A stretch of DNA of 30,614 bases, counting the filler, from a bacterium (GTDB taxonomy: Bacteria; JADJOY01), in the NCBI GenBank assembly GCA_046331705.1. It is 3 parts of 3 records of this genome, joined end to end, with 100 filler letters (N's around TTAATTAATTAA, not from the genome) between each part and the next. Parts side by side here need not be neighbours in the genome. Positions count along the whole stretch, not along the records: positions 1 to 3,948 come from JAXLQJ010000115.1; positions 4,049 to 24,025 come from JAXLQJ010000117.1; 1 more part is not named here. One strand, written 5' to 3'. The position numbers and the translations under genes were made by a program. This document shows positions 1-9,130 of the stretch, one piece after another (the first letter of the stretch is position 1; each line of letters opens with the position of its first letter). Below the pieces are notes generated by a model. It was not told the DNA's origin, did no database searches, and saw only the letters and a list, made by a program, of their open reading frames with translations.

Positions 1-294
1 GAGCACCGTTGCCGACAGCACCGGCTTCCGCCCGAAGCGATCGGCGAGCAGCACGAAGAAGAAGGACGCCATGCCGCCGATGCGCACGATCGACGCCATC
101 ACGCCGACCGCCGGGTCGCCCATTGCGAAGGTGTGCGCGATGTCGGGCGTGCACAGGTGGAAGATCGTGATGTCGTAGCCCTCGAACACCGTGGCCGACA
201 TCAGCAGCGCAAAGAGAAACCGCAGGTAGCCGCGCTCGGGCGGCGCCCAGCCTTCGGCCGCGCGGTCGTGTTCGACGTGCGGTCCGACCTTCAT
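1..294 (-). CDS. MFS transporter, N-terminal part (runs off window edge)
   Basis: Translated by hand (not in the ORF track): MKVGPHVEH...LLMSATVFEGYDITIF...FVLLADRFGRKPVLSATVL. It has a TM1 'EGYD' and MFS motif A (ADRFGRK). ATG at 294. Confidence 0.85.
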   Translation of the reverse strand, partial: MKVGPHVEHDRAAEGWAPPERGYLRFLFALLMSATVFEGYDITIFHLCTPDIAHTFAMGDPAVGVMASIVRIGGMASFFFVLLADRFGRKPVLSATVL

Positions 295-503
295 CTCGCT
301 GCACTCATGATCGGGTCGGTGCGATCGGTCACCGGATCACCACGTCGGATCGCGACGATCATCGATCCATCTCGCGCCATGACTTCCACCCGCCCTGCGT
401 CTTCGCGAGGCGCTTCCGCCCCCAGGTCCGTCACGGACTCGACCAGAATGCACACGTCGCCATATCGGTCGTCGACATCGCGGCAGATATCGAGACACCC
501 CAC
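291..503 (-). CDS. Possible small hypothetical protein (~70 aa)
   Basis: 3' end of the 291..1658 frame. Its TGA overlaps the MFS ATG (ATGA), typical of translational coupling. The GTG start at 503 is a guess and no family is recognised. Confidence 0.3.
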   Translation of the reverse strand: MGCLDICRDVDDRYGDVCILVESVTDLGAEAPREDAGRVEVMARDGSMIVAIRRGDPVTDRTDPIMSAAR

Positions 504-668
504 CGCGGTTGCCCCGACCGACGATCGGCGGGTCACGTCCGCAGATTTCGTGCTCGCGTTCGCAGCACCTTTCGGGGCGGCATCAATCGTGCTTGCACAC
601 GCGCCCTCGAGGATGGAATGTCGTCGGGTCGATTGCGCCGCAAGCGTTGCGCGCCCTGCCCCACCTCC

Positions 669-2177
669 ATGCACGACACCCTCCACCGTCGAGACTTCCT
701 CCGTCGCGCCATAGCAGGGACCGCGGGACTGCTGCTGCCCGGTGCCTGCTCGCGGGCGCCGCAACCCGGTCCCGTACGTCCTAACGTCGTCCTGTTCGTC
801 ACCGACGACCAGAGCTGGAGCTCGATCGGCTATGCGAGCGGCGGCTCGGTGCAGACGCCGCACCTCGATCGGCTCTCGGCCCGCGGCGTGCGCTTCGAGC
901 GTGCCTACGCCAACTCGATGCCCTGCATCCCGTCGCGGGCGTCGATGCTCACCGGCCTGCACCACCACCGCTGGCCGCGGGGTCATCGCGTGTCGCGCAA
1001 GACCGGCGAGACGTACGAGACGTCGGTCGCAGAAGGGTCCTGGACCTGGGCGAGCGCCCTGCGCGCGGCGGGCTACGCGACCGCGCTCATCGGCAAGATG
1101 CACCTCGACCCGCCCAAGGCCCGTCTCGGCTTCGAGCAGATGCAACTGTGCGAGCTGCGCGCCATGGGCAAGGACGAGTACGCGCGCTGGCTCGAGTCGC
1201 ACGGCGTGCTCGAGAAGGTTCTGGCGACGACCGCGAAATCGCCCCTGAGCTTCGGGGTCGCCGACTGGCCGCTCAGCGCACGGCAGCACCGGATCTCGTG
1301 GGTGCGCGACCGCACCATCGAGTTCCTGGACGCCCAACGCCGCCAGGCCCAGCCGTTCCTGCTCGTGGTCTCCTTCCTCGCCCCGCACGCGCCGTACGAT
1401 CCCATCGAGCCCTTCGCTTCGATGTACGCCCCCGACGCGCAGGTCCTGCCCACGGATCGATGGCAGGACCTCCAGGCGATGCCGCCCACTCTCGCCGCGA
1501 TGCGCCGGCTCCTTCCCCGCAGCAATCTGCCGGCCGACCTCTTGCGACGCGCGCTGGCGCGCTATCTCGGGCTGGTCTCGCAGGTCGACGACTCGATCGG
1601 CACGATCGCCGGTCACATCGACCTCGAGCGCACGCTGGTCGTGTTCACCTCCGATCACGGAGACTATCTGGGCCGTCGCGATTGTCTGCTCAAGTCGCCG
1701 CTGGTCCCGTTCGACGCCGTTGCGCGGGTGCCAATGTTCGCGTGCGGCGCCGGGGTGCCCGAGGGGCTGTCATACCCTCATCCGGTCTCGCTGGTCGACA
1801 TCGCGCCGACGCTGCTCCGCGCCGCAGCGATCGACGTCCCCGCAGACCTCGACGGCAGGGCCCTGCAGGAGTGCTTCACGGCGACGGGCGCGGGCCCGGA
1901 CCGTACGACCTACTGCTTCGGCGCCGACGGCTTCGACATGATCACGCGCGGCAACGTCAAGTACTTTCAAGCACACCAGGGCGACGAGGAGATGCTGTTC
2001 GATCTCGCGGCGGATCCGGACGAATGGTCGAACGTCGTGGCCGATCACGACCGGCGGCACGACGTCGCGGCGCTCCGGCAAGCCATGGCTCAGGTTCGGC
2101 GGCGACCCCCGTCGACGTTGCCGGCGTTCTCGTTGTCTGCCCTCCCCCGTCGACGGAACCGGACCACCGCCGCATGA
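669..2177 (+). CDS. Formylglycine-dependent sulfatase (choline-sulfatase/arylsulfatase-like), predicted Tat lipoprotein
   Basis: Motifs: CIPSRASMLTG (CxPSR), N-terminal FVTDD, GKMH, APHAPY, FTSDHGDYLG, LFDLAADPDE. The N-terminus HRRDFLRR..LLLPGAC is a twin-arginine signal plus lipobox-like Cys. Start moved to ATG 669. Confidence 0.92.
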   Translation: MHDTLHRRDFLRRAIAGTAGLLLPGACSRAPQPGPVRPNVVLFVTDDQSWSSIGYASGGSVQTPHLDRLSARGVRFERAYANSMPCIPSRASMLTGLHHHRWPRGHRVSRKTGETYETSVAEGSWTWASALRAAGYATALIGKMHLDPPKARLGFEQMQLCELRAMGKDEYARWLESHGVLEKVLATTAKSPLSFGVADWPLSARQHRISWVRDRTIEFLDAQRRQAQPFLLVVSFLAPHAPYDPIEPFASMYAPDAQVLPTDRWQDLQAMPPTLAAMRRLLPRSNLPADLLRRALARYLGLVSQVDDSIGTIAGHIDLERTLVVFTSDHGDYLGRRDCLLKSPLVPFDAVARVPMFACGAGVPEGLSYPHPVSLVDIAPTLLRAAAIDVPADLDGRALQECFTATGAGPDRTTYCFGADGFDMITRGNVKYFQAHQGDEEMLFDLAADPDEWSNVVADHDRRHDVAALRQAMAQVRRRPPSTLPAFSLSALPRRRNRTTAA

Positions 2178-3532
2178 CGGTCGACCGGCGAACCGGTGCG
2201 GCGCGCGGCATCGTGCGCCGAGCACTCACAGCCGCGTTGCTGTCCGTCGCCCTCGTGCTTGCAGGCCTCGAGGTGGTGAGCCGCCTTGGCTTGATCCCGT
2301 GCTACACGAAATTGGCCGGCGTGTGGGAGGTCCACCCCGCCTTCGGCTGGTTTCATCGACCTGGCGTGCAGGGCTGGGGCCAGGGCTGTCTCGGCAGAGA
2401 CGCCGAATGGCACGCCACGGTCGAGATCAACCAGCACGGGCTCCGCGATGTCGAGCACGAATACGCGAAGGGCGACGGCGTGTTCCGCATCCTGATCCTC
2501 GGTGACTCGTTCATCGAGGGCTTCAACGTCGACTTCGAGGATCACTTCCTCAAGCGGCTGCAGGAGCGGCTCGGCGCGCTCTCGCCGAAGATCGAGGTGA
2601 TGGCGGCGGCGGTGAGCGCCTGGGGCACCGATCAGGAGCTGCTCTACTTTCTCCTGGAAGGCGTCAAGTACAATCCCGACCTGGTCGTGCTCGCCTTCAA
2701 CCCCGGCAACGACATCGCCGAAAACAACCCTGGCCTCGGCCTGCCGAAGCCGCGAGAGGCCAAGAAGCCGAGCTTCACGCTCGACGACGGTCGGCTCACG
2801 CTGCACGACTACCCGATCCGGACGCCCGCCCCCGACGATCGGTGGATCGTGAAGCTGGACGATACGCTCGCACGTCGAACCTACGCCTATCCGGTCCTGC
2901 GCCATCTCGCCGACAAGCTGCGGACGACGATCGCACCCCCGGCTCCGCGCAAGCGGAGAGCCGCGCAGACACAGGCCGGGCATGCCCAGGCAGCGTCGCA
3001 CACGACGCCACCGGCAGCATCGCCGGGCTCAGCCGCGGCAACCACCGCGGCCTCCGTCGCACGGCCTCCGGATGCCGCGCCCACCCCCAAACCGCGCCCG
3101 GAGGTGTCGGTGGATGCCGTGATCGCGCTCGATCCCCTGCCTCCCAGGTGGGAAGCCGGGTGGCAGCTCAGCAAGGCGCTCGTGCGCGACCTGCGCAAGC
3201 GTGTCGAGTCGAGCGGCGCGGCGTTCGCCGCGACGATCGTTCCGAGCAAGTTCGCCGTCGGCGGACCCCGGATCCGATACTCGCCCAGCTGGGAGCGCGA
3301 CGACCTCGACCCCACCGTCCCCGAGCGAAGGACCGAGGAGTTCCTAGCTGCGGAGCGGATCCCGACCTGTACGCTTCTGCCCCGCTTCCGAGCTCACCTG
3401 GAGGCGACCGGTAGAAACGGGTTCTTTGCCTTCGACATCCACTGGAACGAGGACGGCCACCGTATCGTCGCCGATGCCCTGGCCGACTGCCTCGCTCCGA
3501 TGATCCCGGAACGGGTGTTGCCCCGCTCCTGA
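2174..3532 (+). CDS. SGNH/GDSL hydrolase family protein with N-terminal membrane anchor
   Basis: ATGA overlap with the sulfatase stop. SGNH blocks: ILILGDSF (I), WGTDQE (II), FNPGND (III), DIHWNEDGH (V). Hydrophobic N-terminal helix. Confidence 0.88.
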   Translation: MTVDRRTGAARGIVRRALTAALLSVALVLAGLEVVSRLGLIPCYTKLAGVWEVHPAFGWFHRPGVQGWGQGCLGRDAEWHATVEINQHGLRDVEHEYAKGDGVFRILILGDSFIEGFNVDFEDHFLKRLQERLGALSPKIEVMAAAVSAWGTDQELLYFLLEGVKYNPDLVVLAFNPGNDIAENNPGLGLPKPREAKKPSFTLDDGRLTLHDYPIRTPAPDDRWIVKLDDTLARRTYAYPVLRHLADKLRTTIAPPAPRKRRAAQTQAGHAQAASHTTPPAASPGSAAATTAASVARPPDAAPTPKPRPEVSVDAVIALDPLPPRWEAGWQLSKALVRDLRKRVESSGAAFAATIVPSKFAVGGPRIRYSPSWERDDLDPTVPERRTEEFLAAERIPTCTLLPRFRAHLEATGRNGFFAFDIHWNEDGHRIVADALADCLAPMIPERVLPRS

Positions 3533-3533
3533 C

Positions 3534-3947
3534 TCAGCATCCCCCGGAGCCACGATGGGGTGCTCGGTGCTCCTCGCTCCGAGCGTCGTTGGGCTTCCAT
3601 GAAGAGCAGGGCGCGCCGCTCGGGTCGGGATCGTGGTGCGGTGGTCCAGTCGTGTCCTGCGGCACGCGAGCCGCGGCGATGTCGGTCTTCTTGAACGTCT
3701 GCCGCACGACACAGCCGCGGCGCAGCAAGCTCGCGAGCGGCTGCCAGAGGACGAAGAGCGGCAGCAGCAGGACGAACAGCGGCACGCTCGCGAGCGCCCA
3801 GACGCGCTCCGCCTGGTCGGACGAACGCCCGCGCAGCAGGCGGTAGAGCGCATCGCGCTGGAACGGCAGCAGCGCGTTCACGATCGACTGCGCGAAGATG
3901 AAGAACGAGTACTCGAGCGAGAAGTGGTCCTCGCGCAGCAGGCGGTA
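3534..3947 (-). CDS. C-terminal fragment of a probable class I SAM-dependent methyltransferase (5' end lost at contig break)
   Basis: Frame is open to the contig end: YRLLREDHFSLEYSFFIFAQSIVNALLP...LASLLRRGCVVRQTFKK. This resembles the amphipathic C-termini of methyltransferases in surface-glycan loci. The SAM motif itself is not visible. Confidence 0.5.
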   Translation of the reverse strand, partial: YRLLREDHFSLEYSFFIFAQSIVNALLPFQRDALYRLLRGRSSDQAERVWALASVPLFVLLLPLFVLWQPLASLLRRGCVVRQTFKKTDIAAARVPQDTTGPPHHDPDPSGAPCSSWKPNDARSEEHRAPHRGSGGC

Positions 3948-3948
3948 G

Positions 3949-4048
3949 NNNNNNNNNNNNNNNNNNNNNNNNNNNNNNNNNNNNNNNNNNNNTTAATTAA
4001 TTAANNNNNNNNNNNNNNNNNNNNNNNNNNNNNNNNNNNNNNNNNNNN
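3949..4048. other. Artificial contig linker
   Basis: N44 + TTAATTAATTAA (stops in all frames) + N44. Confidence 0.98.
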
Positions 4049-4049
4049 C

Positions 4050-4601
4050 GTGGTCGTGCACCCGGCCAACCCGCTGGAGTCCATCTCGCTCGACGACCTG
4101 CACCGGATCTACAGCGACCAGATGCATGATTGGCGTGAACTTCACGTTCGCGCGGGAGCCATCGAGCCGATCGTGCAGCCCGCGGGAGACGACGTCAGCA
4201 TGGCGTTCTTCCAGCGCGTGCTGGGCGGGGACGCGCCGACGGCGCCCGCGTTCCGGGCCGAGTCCGACAGCGCCGTGATCGAGCGGGTGCGCCGGACGCC
4301 CGGGGCCGTGGGCTACGTGTCCATGGCCAGCGGACATGAGGGGGTCCGCCGGCTCCGGCTGTCCGCCTTGCGGGGGCTCCCCGACTGGAATGCCGACGCG
4401 GAGAAGGTGTACAAGGGAGAGTACCCGCTGACTCGCAACTACAGCATGTACGTCCGCACCGCCGGGCCGGACCTGGCGGACGGGCTGATCACCTTCGTTT
4501 CGACACGTGACGGACAGAAGCTGGTGCACGAAGCCGGGGCGGTGCCCATCACCATCCCGGTGCGCTTCGCCAGACGCTCCCCCATGTTGGGCAGTCACTA
4601 G
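4050..4601 (+). CDS. PstS-like periplasmic substrate-binding protein (PBP type 2), C-terminal part
   Basis: VVHPANPLESISLDDLHRIY, 'VRRTPGAVGYVS', 'GEYPLTRNYSMY' and 'FVSTRDGQKLV' match the PstS/PBP_like_2 pattern. 5' end truncated. Confidence 0.85.
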   Translation: MVVHPANPLESISLDDLHRIYSDQMHDWRELHVRAGAIEPIVQPAGDDVSMAFFQRVLGGDAPTAPAFRAESDSAVIERVRRTPGAVGYVSMASGHEGVRRLRLSALRGLPDWNADAEKVYKGEYPLTRNYSMYVRTAGPDLADGLITFVSTRDGQKLVHEAGAVPITIPVRFARRSPMLGSH

Positions 4602-4629
4602 GACCTCGAGGAGCATTCGACAGGACCCC

Positions 4630-6414
4630 ATGAACCGAAACCACGTCAGTTCCGCCTTCGGCAGCGTCCTTCGCCGCACGTGCACGGCCGTCGCCCTGGT
4701 GCTCGCGATCGCCGCGCCGGCGTTCGCCGACGACCTGAAGGACGCCCGGACCGCGCTGGCCGCCGGCCAGCTGGACCAGGCGCAGCAGCTGTTCGAGCGC
4801 GTCGCCTCGCAGGGCTTCGCGGACGGTCGCTCGGGTGTGGGCCTCGTGCTGCTCAAGCGCCGCGACTACACCAAGGCCGCCGAGGCGTTCGAACTCGCGC
4901 GGAAGATGGACGGCAACAACGCCATGGCCTGGTACGGCCTCGGCGAGGTGCGCCGTGACGAGGGCAACCTGCAGGGCGCGGTCGAGATGTACCGCAAGGC
5001 GGTGGACCTCGATCGCAAGTTCCCCGAGGCGCAACTCGCGCTCGGCGACTGCCTGCGCGACATGAAGCAGTACGGCGACGCCATCACCGCGCTGGCGCCC
5101 GGGCTGAACTGGGGTGCGAAGTGGCGCCCGAAGTTCCTCGTGGCGCACGGCAACGTCGAACTCGCGCGCGACTCGCTGCGCGACGCCGGCATCTACTTCA
5201 CGCAGGCCCAGCAGGCGGCTCCGGACGATCCGGTCACGAACCGCGCGCTCGGTGACTTCTACCTCAAGCGCGGCATCGGTTCGCTCGCCATTCCGTCCTA
5301 CGAGAAGGCCGTCGAGCTGGACACGTCGGACGTCGAACTGCGCCAGGCGCTCGGCACCGCGCTGTACTTCGACCAGCGCTACAACGACGCGCTCGAGCAG
5401 TTCCGCTGGGTGACGCAGCGCGATCCCGAGTTCGCGCCCGGCCAGTTCTCGCTCGGCAAGCTCTACTACCTGTCGGGTGCCGCCGATCCGCGCCGGTACG
5501 CCGAGGCCAAGCCGTATCTCGAGAAGTACACGCAGCTCATGCCCGCCGATTCGCGGGGCTGGGCGTACCTCGGGCAGGACCTGTACTACCTGAAGATGAA
5601 GCCCGAGGCGATCGCCGCCATGACCAAGGCGGTCGAACTGGGCGAGAAGAGCAAGGACATGTTCACCGTGCTCGGGCGTGCCTACGTGGACACGAAGGAA
5701 TGGGCCAAGGCGATCGACGCCTACGGCCGCGGCGAACCGAACACGCAGGACCTCTTCAAGATCGGGCAGGTCCATGCGCTGCTGGGGAATGTGGCGGCGG
5801 CGGACTCGGTCTACCAGGGCATGATCGCCAAGGACTCGACCACCTCCGAGGCGCGCTTCGCGATGCAGGAACTGGGCAAGCTCAAGTTCCGGCTCAAGGA
5901 CTACCCGGGCGCGGTGGCCATGCTCCAGAGGCGAATCGCCCTTGACCCGAACTCGGACGAGGCTTACTACTACATAGGCTTGTCCTACAAGGAGATGAAG
6001 CAGCTTCCCGAGGCGGTGGATGCACTCCGTCAGGCGACGCTGATCGCTCCCGGCAAGGCGGACCGGCACTTCTGGTTGGGCGTCGTGCTTTCGAGCATGG
6101 CGGATTCGACGGCCCAGTCCGTCGCGGCATTCACCCAGTTCATCGCACTCGACTCGAGCAGCAAGAACGCCGGTCTGGCCTACCAGCAGCTGGGCTACCA
6201 GCGGCTGCTGGTCAAGGACTGGGCGGGAGCCGTGGACCTGCTGGAACGTTCGGCTGCGATCACGGCGGCCGACGTGAACACGCAGGTCTGGCTGGGACAG
6301 GGCTACCAGAACATGGGCAACCGTGCGAAGGCGATCGAGGCCTACCGCCGGGCCCTGGGGTTGGATCCGAACAACGAAGACGCGAAGAAGGGCCTGAAGT
6401 CGCTCGGCAACTGA
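4630..6414 (+). CDS. Exported tetratricopeptide-repeat protein (594 aa)
   Basis: Signal peptide ending APAFA. Many TPR units (AWYGLG..A...YRKAVDLD; AYYYIG..Y; WLGQGY...AIEAYRRALGLDP). Start set at ATG 4630 after AGGA. Confidence 0.92.
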   Translation: MNRNHVSSAFGSVLRRTCTAVALVLAIAAPAFADDLKDARTALAAGQLDQAQQLFERVASQGFADGRSGVGLVLLKRRDYTKAAEAFELARKMDGNNAMAWYGLGEVRRDEGNLQGAVEMYRKAVDLDRKFPEAQLALGDCLRDMKQYGDAITALAPGLNWGAKWRPKFLVAHGNVELARDSLRDAGIYFTQAQQAAPDDPVTNRALGDFYLKRGIGSLAIPSYEKAVELDTSDVELRQALGTALYFDQRYNDALEQFRWVTQRDPEFAPGQFSLGKLYYLSGAADPRRYAEAKPYLEKYTQLMPADSRGWAYLGQDLYYLKMKPEAIAAMTKAVELGEKSKDMFTVLGRAYVDTKEWAKAIDAYGRGEPNTQDLFKIGQVHALLGNVAAADSVYQGMIAKDSTTSEARFAMQELGKLKFRLKDYPGAVAMLQRRIALDPNSDEAYYYIGLSYKEMKQLPEAVDALRQATLIAPGKADRHFWLGVVLSSMADSTAQSVAAFTQFIALDSSSKNAGLAYQQLGYQRLLVKDWAGAVDLLERSAAITAADVNTQVWLGQGYQNMGNRAKAIEAYRRALGLDPNNEDAKKGLKSLGN

Positions 6415-6456
6415 GGTGCAACGCGGCCGCAACGCGGACGCCACGGAGGAGCAAGG

Positions 6457-6810
6457 ATGGCGAACTTGAAGAGCCGGCAGGTCGGCAGCATCCACATCCT
6501 GACGCCGAAGGGCTACCTGACCGGCGGCGAGGAGACGGAGGAACTGGAGAAGGCCATCCGGCAACTCGGTGAGGACGGCAACAAGAACCTCATCATCAAC
6601 CTCGGCGAGACGCAGCACCTCAACTCGACGGCGCTGGGCGTGCTGATCTCCGCGCATTCGAGCTACGTGCGCCGTGGCGGCCAGATGAAGCTCGCCGCCG
6701 TGGACAAGCGCATCGAGAACATCTTCGTCATCACCAAGCTGTCGCTGGTGTTCGACGTGAAGGCGACCGAGGAGCAGGCGATCGCCAGCTTCGCGGAAGC
6801 GTCGGCGTAG
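6457..6810 (+). CDS. STAS-domain anti-sigma-factor antagonist (SpoIIAA/RsbV-like)
   Basis: 117 aa with LIINLGETQHLNSTALGVL and IFVITKLSLVF. Strong GGAGGAG RBS. Confidence 0.92.
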   Translation: MANLKSRQVGSIHILTPKGYLTGGEETEELEKAIRQLGEDGNKNLIINLGETQHLNSTALGVLISAHSSYVRRGGQMKLAAVDKRIENIFVITKLSLVFDVKATEEQAIASFAEASA

Positions 6811-6835
6811 CCGTTTCGGATCGGGAGGAGCGCGC

Positions 6836-7183
6836 ATGGCCGTCACGAAGCGGCAGCTCGAGAGCATCACGGTGATCGCGGCACGCGGTCGGTTCTACGG
6901 TGATCGCGAAACCGACGAGCTGGAAGCCGCGATCATGGCGGAGGCCTCGAGCGGCAACATGCGACTCGTCGTCAATCTCGCGGAGTGCGAGGCCATGAAT
7001 TCCGTCGCGCTGGGCGTGCTCATGCGCGGCATGGCCAACTACCGCACCCGCCACGCCGAGATCAAGCTTTGCGGGCTTGGGAAGAAGCTGAAGGACCTTT
7101 TCGTCATGACCAAGCTCATCATGGTTTTCGACCACTTCGAGACGGAGGAGCTGGCTCTGGCTTCCTTCGCCGCTGTGGAGTAG
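6836..7183 (+). CDS. Second STAS-domain anti-sigma-factor antagonist
   Basis: 115 aa with LVVNLAECEAMNSVALGVL and LFVMTKLIMVF. GGGAGGAG RBS. Paralog of the upstream gene. Confidence 0.92.
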   Translation: MAVTKRQLESITVIAARGRFYGDRETDELEAAIMAEASSGNMRLVVNLAECEAMNSVALGVLMRGMANYRTRHAEIKLCGLGKKLKDLFVMTKLIMVFDHFETEELALASFAAVE

Positions 7184-7342
7184 CAGCCTCCGCCTGACCG
7201 GGTCGGGGGGAGAAGAAGTTTCACGAAGCAGGTCCGGATCAGTTCGCTCCGCGACCCGGGCGGGTGAGGAACCTCAACCGCTGATCATGAACAGCCGGCT
7301 CGCCGCCCTCGCGGCGGACGGCGATGGAGGAATCGTCAGGCA

Positions 7343-8083
7343 ATGAACCGCATTATCGTTCAGCTCTATTTCGCGGCCGCGGTCGCCGTTTCGATCTTGA
7401 TCTGGTGGAACCTTCCGGCGCTCGGTGACCTTGGCAAGCAGATGAAGGAAGCCGGTCCGCTGGTCGCTGGCCTGTTCCTCCTCCTCATTCTCCAGGTGAC
7501 GTTCGTGATCGAGCGTACGTGGAGCCTCAACAAGGCCAAGGGCACGGGCTCGATGGCCGACTTCCTCGTGAACGTGCGCAAGAAGATCCAGACGGGCGAC
7601 GTCGATGGTGCCATCGCGCTCTGCGGCAAGCAGCGCGGCTCGGCGGCCAACGTCATGCGTGCGGGCCTCGAGCGCTACCAGATGCTCATCAAGGAAGGCG
7701 CTCCGAAGGACAAGATCGTGGCCGAGACGCAGGCAGCCATCCAGGAAGCCAACGGCCTCGAAGTGCCGCTGCTCGAGCGCAACCTGATCGCCCTGTCGAC
7801 GATCGCCTCCATCTCGACGATGGTCGGTCTGCTCGGCACGGTCGTCGGCATGATCCGTTCGTTCGCGGCCCTCGGTCACACCGGCGCGGTGGATGCCACC
7901 AAGCTCGCCGTCGGTATTTCCGAAGCGCTCATCAACACGGCCGGCGGTCTCATCGTCGCCATCCTCGGCATCGTCATGTACAACGTGTTCGTGACGCGCG
8001 TGGACGGCTTCAACTACATGATGGACGAGGCGTCGTACGAGGCCGTGCAGCTGCTGGCCGCCAACGCTTCCGACAAGAAGTAA
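7343..8083 (+). CDS. exbB: MotA/TolQ/ExbB proton-channel protein
   Basis: LSTIASISTMVGLLGTVVGMIRSF and GISEALINTAGGL. GGAGGA RBS. Confidence 0.93.
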   Translation: MNRIIVQLYFAAAVAVSILIWWNLPALGDLGKQMKEAGPLVAGLFLLLILQVTFVIERTWSLNKAKGTGSMADFLVNVRKKIQTGDVDGAIALCGKQRGSAANVMRAGLERYQMLIKEGAPKDKIVAETQAAIQEANGLEVPLLERNLIALSTIASISTMVGLLGTVVGMIRSFAALGHTGAVDATKLAVGISEALINTAGGLIVAILGIVMYNVFVTRVDGFNYMMDEASYEAVQLLAANASDKK

Positions 8084-8101
8084 GCGGGGGAGGACGAGCT
8101 C

Positions 8102-8596
8102 ATGCTCAAGAAGATGCGTCGCATCGGCATCGCGATCGACATGACGCCGATGGTCGATGTGGCCTTCCTCCTGCTGATCTTCTTCATGTGTACGACGCAG
8201 TTCAAGCCACCGGAGAAGGACAAGATCACGCTGCCCGATTCGAACTCGCCGGCGAAGTCGCCCGAGTCCGACATCATCACCGTGTCGGTGACGGCGCCCA
8301 AGCCGGAGAACGGCATGGTGTCGCAGGTGCGCGTGACCTGGCGGCAAGGCGAGAACGAAGTCGAACGCATGATCGCTCCCGAAGCGGTGAAGATGAACCT
8401 GGGCTCGGTGCTGGGTACGGCCCGCGCCGCGAATCCCCGGTCTCGCGTGCTCGTGAAGATGGACCGCGAAGCATCGTTCGGTCTCATGGCCGACATGATG
8501 CACGCGTTCCAGGAATCGAACGCCACGCGCTTCAACGTCCAGACGAACCTGGCCAAGGGCGGAGGCGCGTTCGGCGGCCCCGCACCGACCAAGTAA
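8102..8596 (+). CDS. exbD: ExbD/TolR biopolymer transport protein
   Basis: IDMTPMVDVAFLLLIFFM TM motif with the conserved Asp. Confidence 0.93.
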   Translation: MLKKMRRIGIAIDMTPMVDVAFLLLIFFMCTTQFKPPEKDKITLPDSNSPAKSPESDIITVSVTAPKPENGMVSQVRVTWRQGENEVERMIAPEAVKMNLGSVLGTARAANPRSRVLVKMDREASFGLMADMMHAFQESNATRFNVQTNLAKGGGAFGGPAPTK

Positions 8597-8626
8597 CGCG
8601 CCACTCGCGCTGAGAGGTATGCCCGC

Positions 8627-9130
8627 ATGGGTGCAGTAGACACCCCACAACCGAGAAGTGGCGGAGGCAAGAAGGGGAAAGGCTTCCATCGCCCGAAGCG
8701 TCGCGTCGGTGTCCGCATCGACATGACGCCCATGGTGGACGTCGCCTTCCTCCTGCTCATCTTCTTCATGGTCACGACGGTGTTCCGGACGCCCCAGGCT
8801 CTGGAAATCAACCTGCCGCCGGACAACCAGAATCCCGCGCCGATCGCCGAGTCGAAGATTCTCCAGCTTCGGGTGCTCGGTGAGGATCGCGTGTTCTGGA
8901 AGCGCGGCCCGAAGACGGACCCGTGGGTCCGGACGTCGGTCGCGAACATGAAGGACGTGCTCAAGCCGCTCGCGAACAACGACGCGATCGTGGTGCTGAT
9001 CAACATCGACCGCGACGCGTCCTTCGACAACATGGTCGGCATCATCGACCAGCTCGACATTGCGAACCTGGGTCGCTTCTCGATCCTCGAGCTATCCCCG
9101 GCCGACAAGGCGGAGGTGGAGAAGCTATGA
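8627..9130 (+). CDS. exbD: Second ExbD/TolR biopolymer transport protein
   Basis: IDMTPMVDVAFLLLIFFMVTT. Confidence 0.93.
   Translation: MGAVDTPQPRSGGGKKGKGFHRPKRRVGVRIDMTPMVDVAFLLLIFFMVTTVFRTPQALEINLPPDNQNPAPIAESKILQLRVLGEDRVFWKRGPKTDPWVRTSVANMKDVLKPLANNDAIVVLINIDRDASFDNMVGIIDQLDIANLGRFSILELSPADKAEVEKL

Noticed and set aside
3949-4048. TTAATTAATTAA palindrome flanked by Ns, repeated at 24070-24081
   Set aside because: Identical 100-nt assembly spacer, not biological. ORFs ending in 'LIN' are artefacts of it.
5940-5976. Internal promoter in the TPR gene (TTGACC then TACTAC at 17 bp) in a patch of atypical codons
   Set aside because: The -10 lacks the conserved final T, and the AT-richness is partly explained by the YYYI codons.
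8134-8770. Near-identical DNA stretches in the two exbD genes (likewise in the two permeases)
   Set aside because: Explained by conserved paralogous protein motifs, not a mobile repeat or a DGR template/variable pair. No reverse transcriptase is present.
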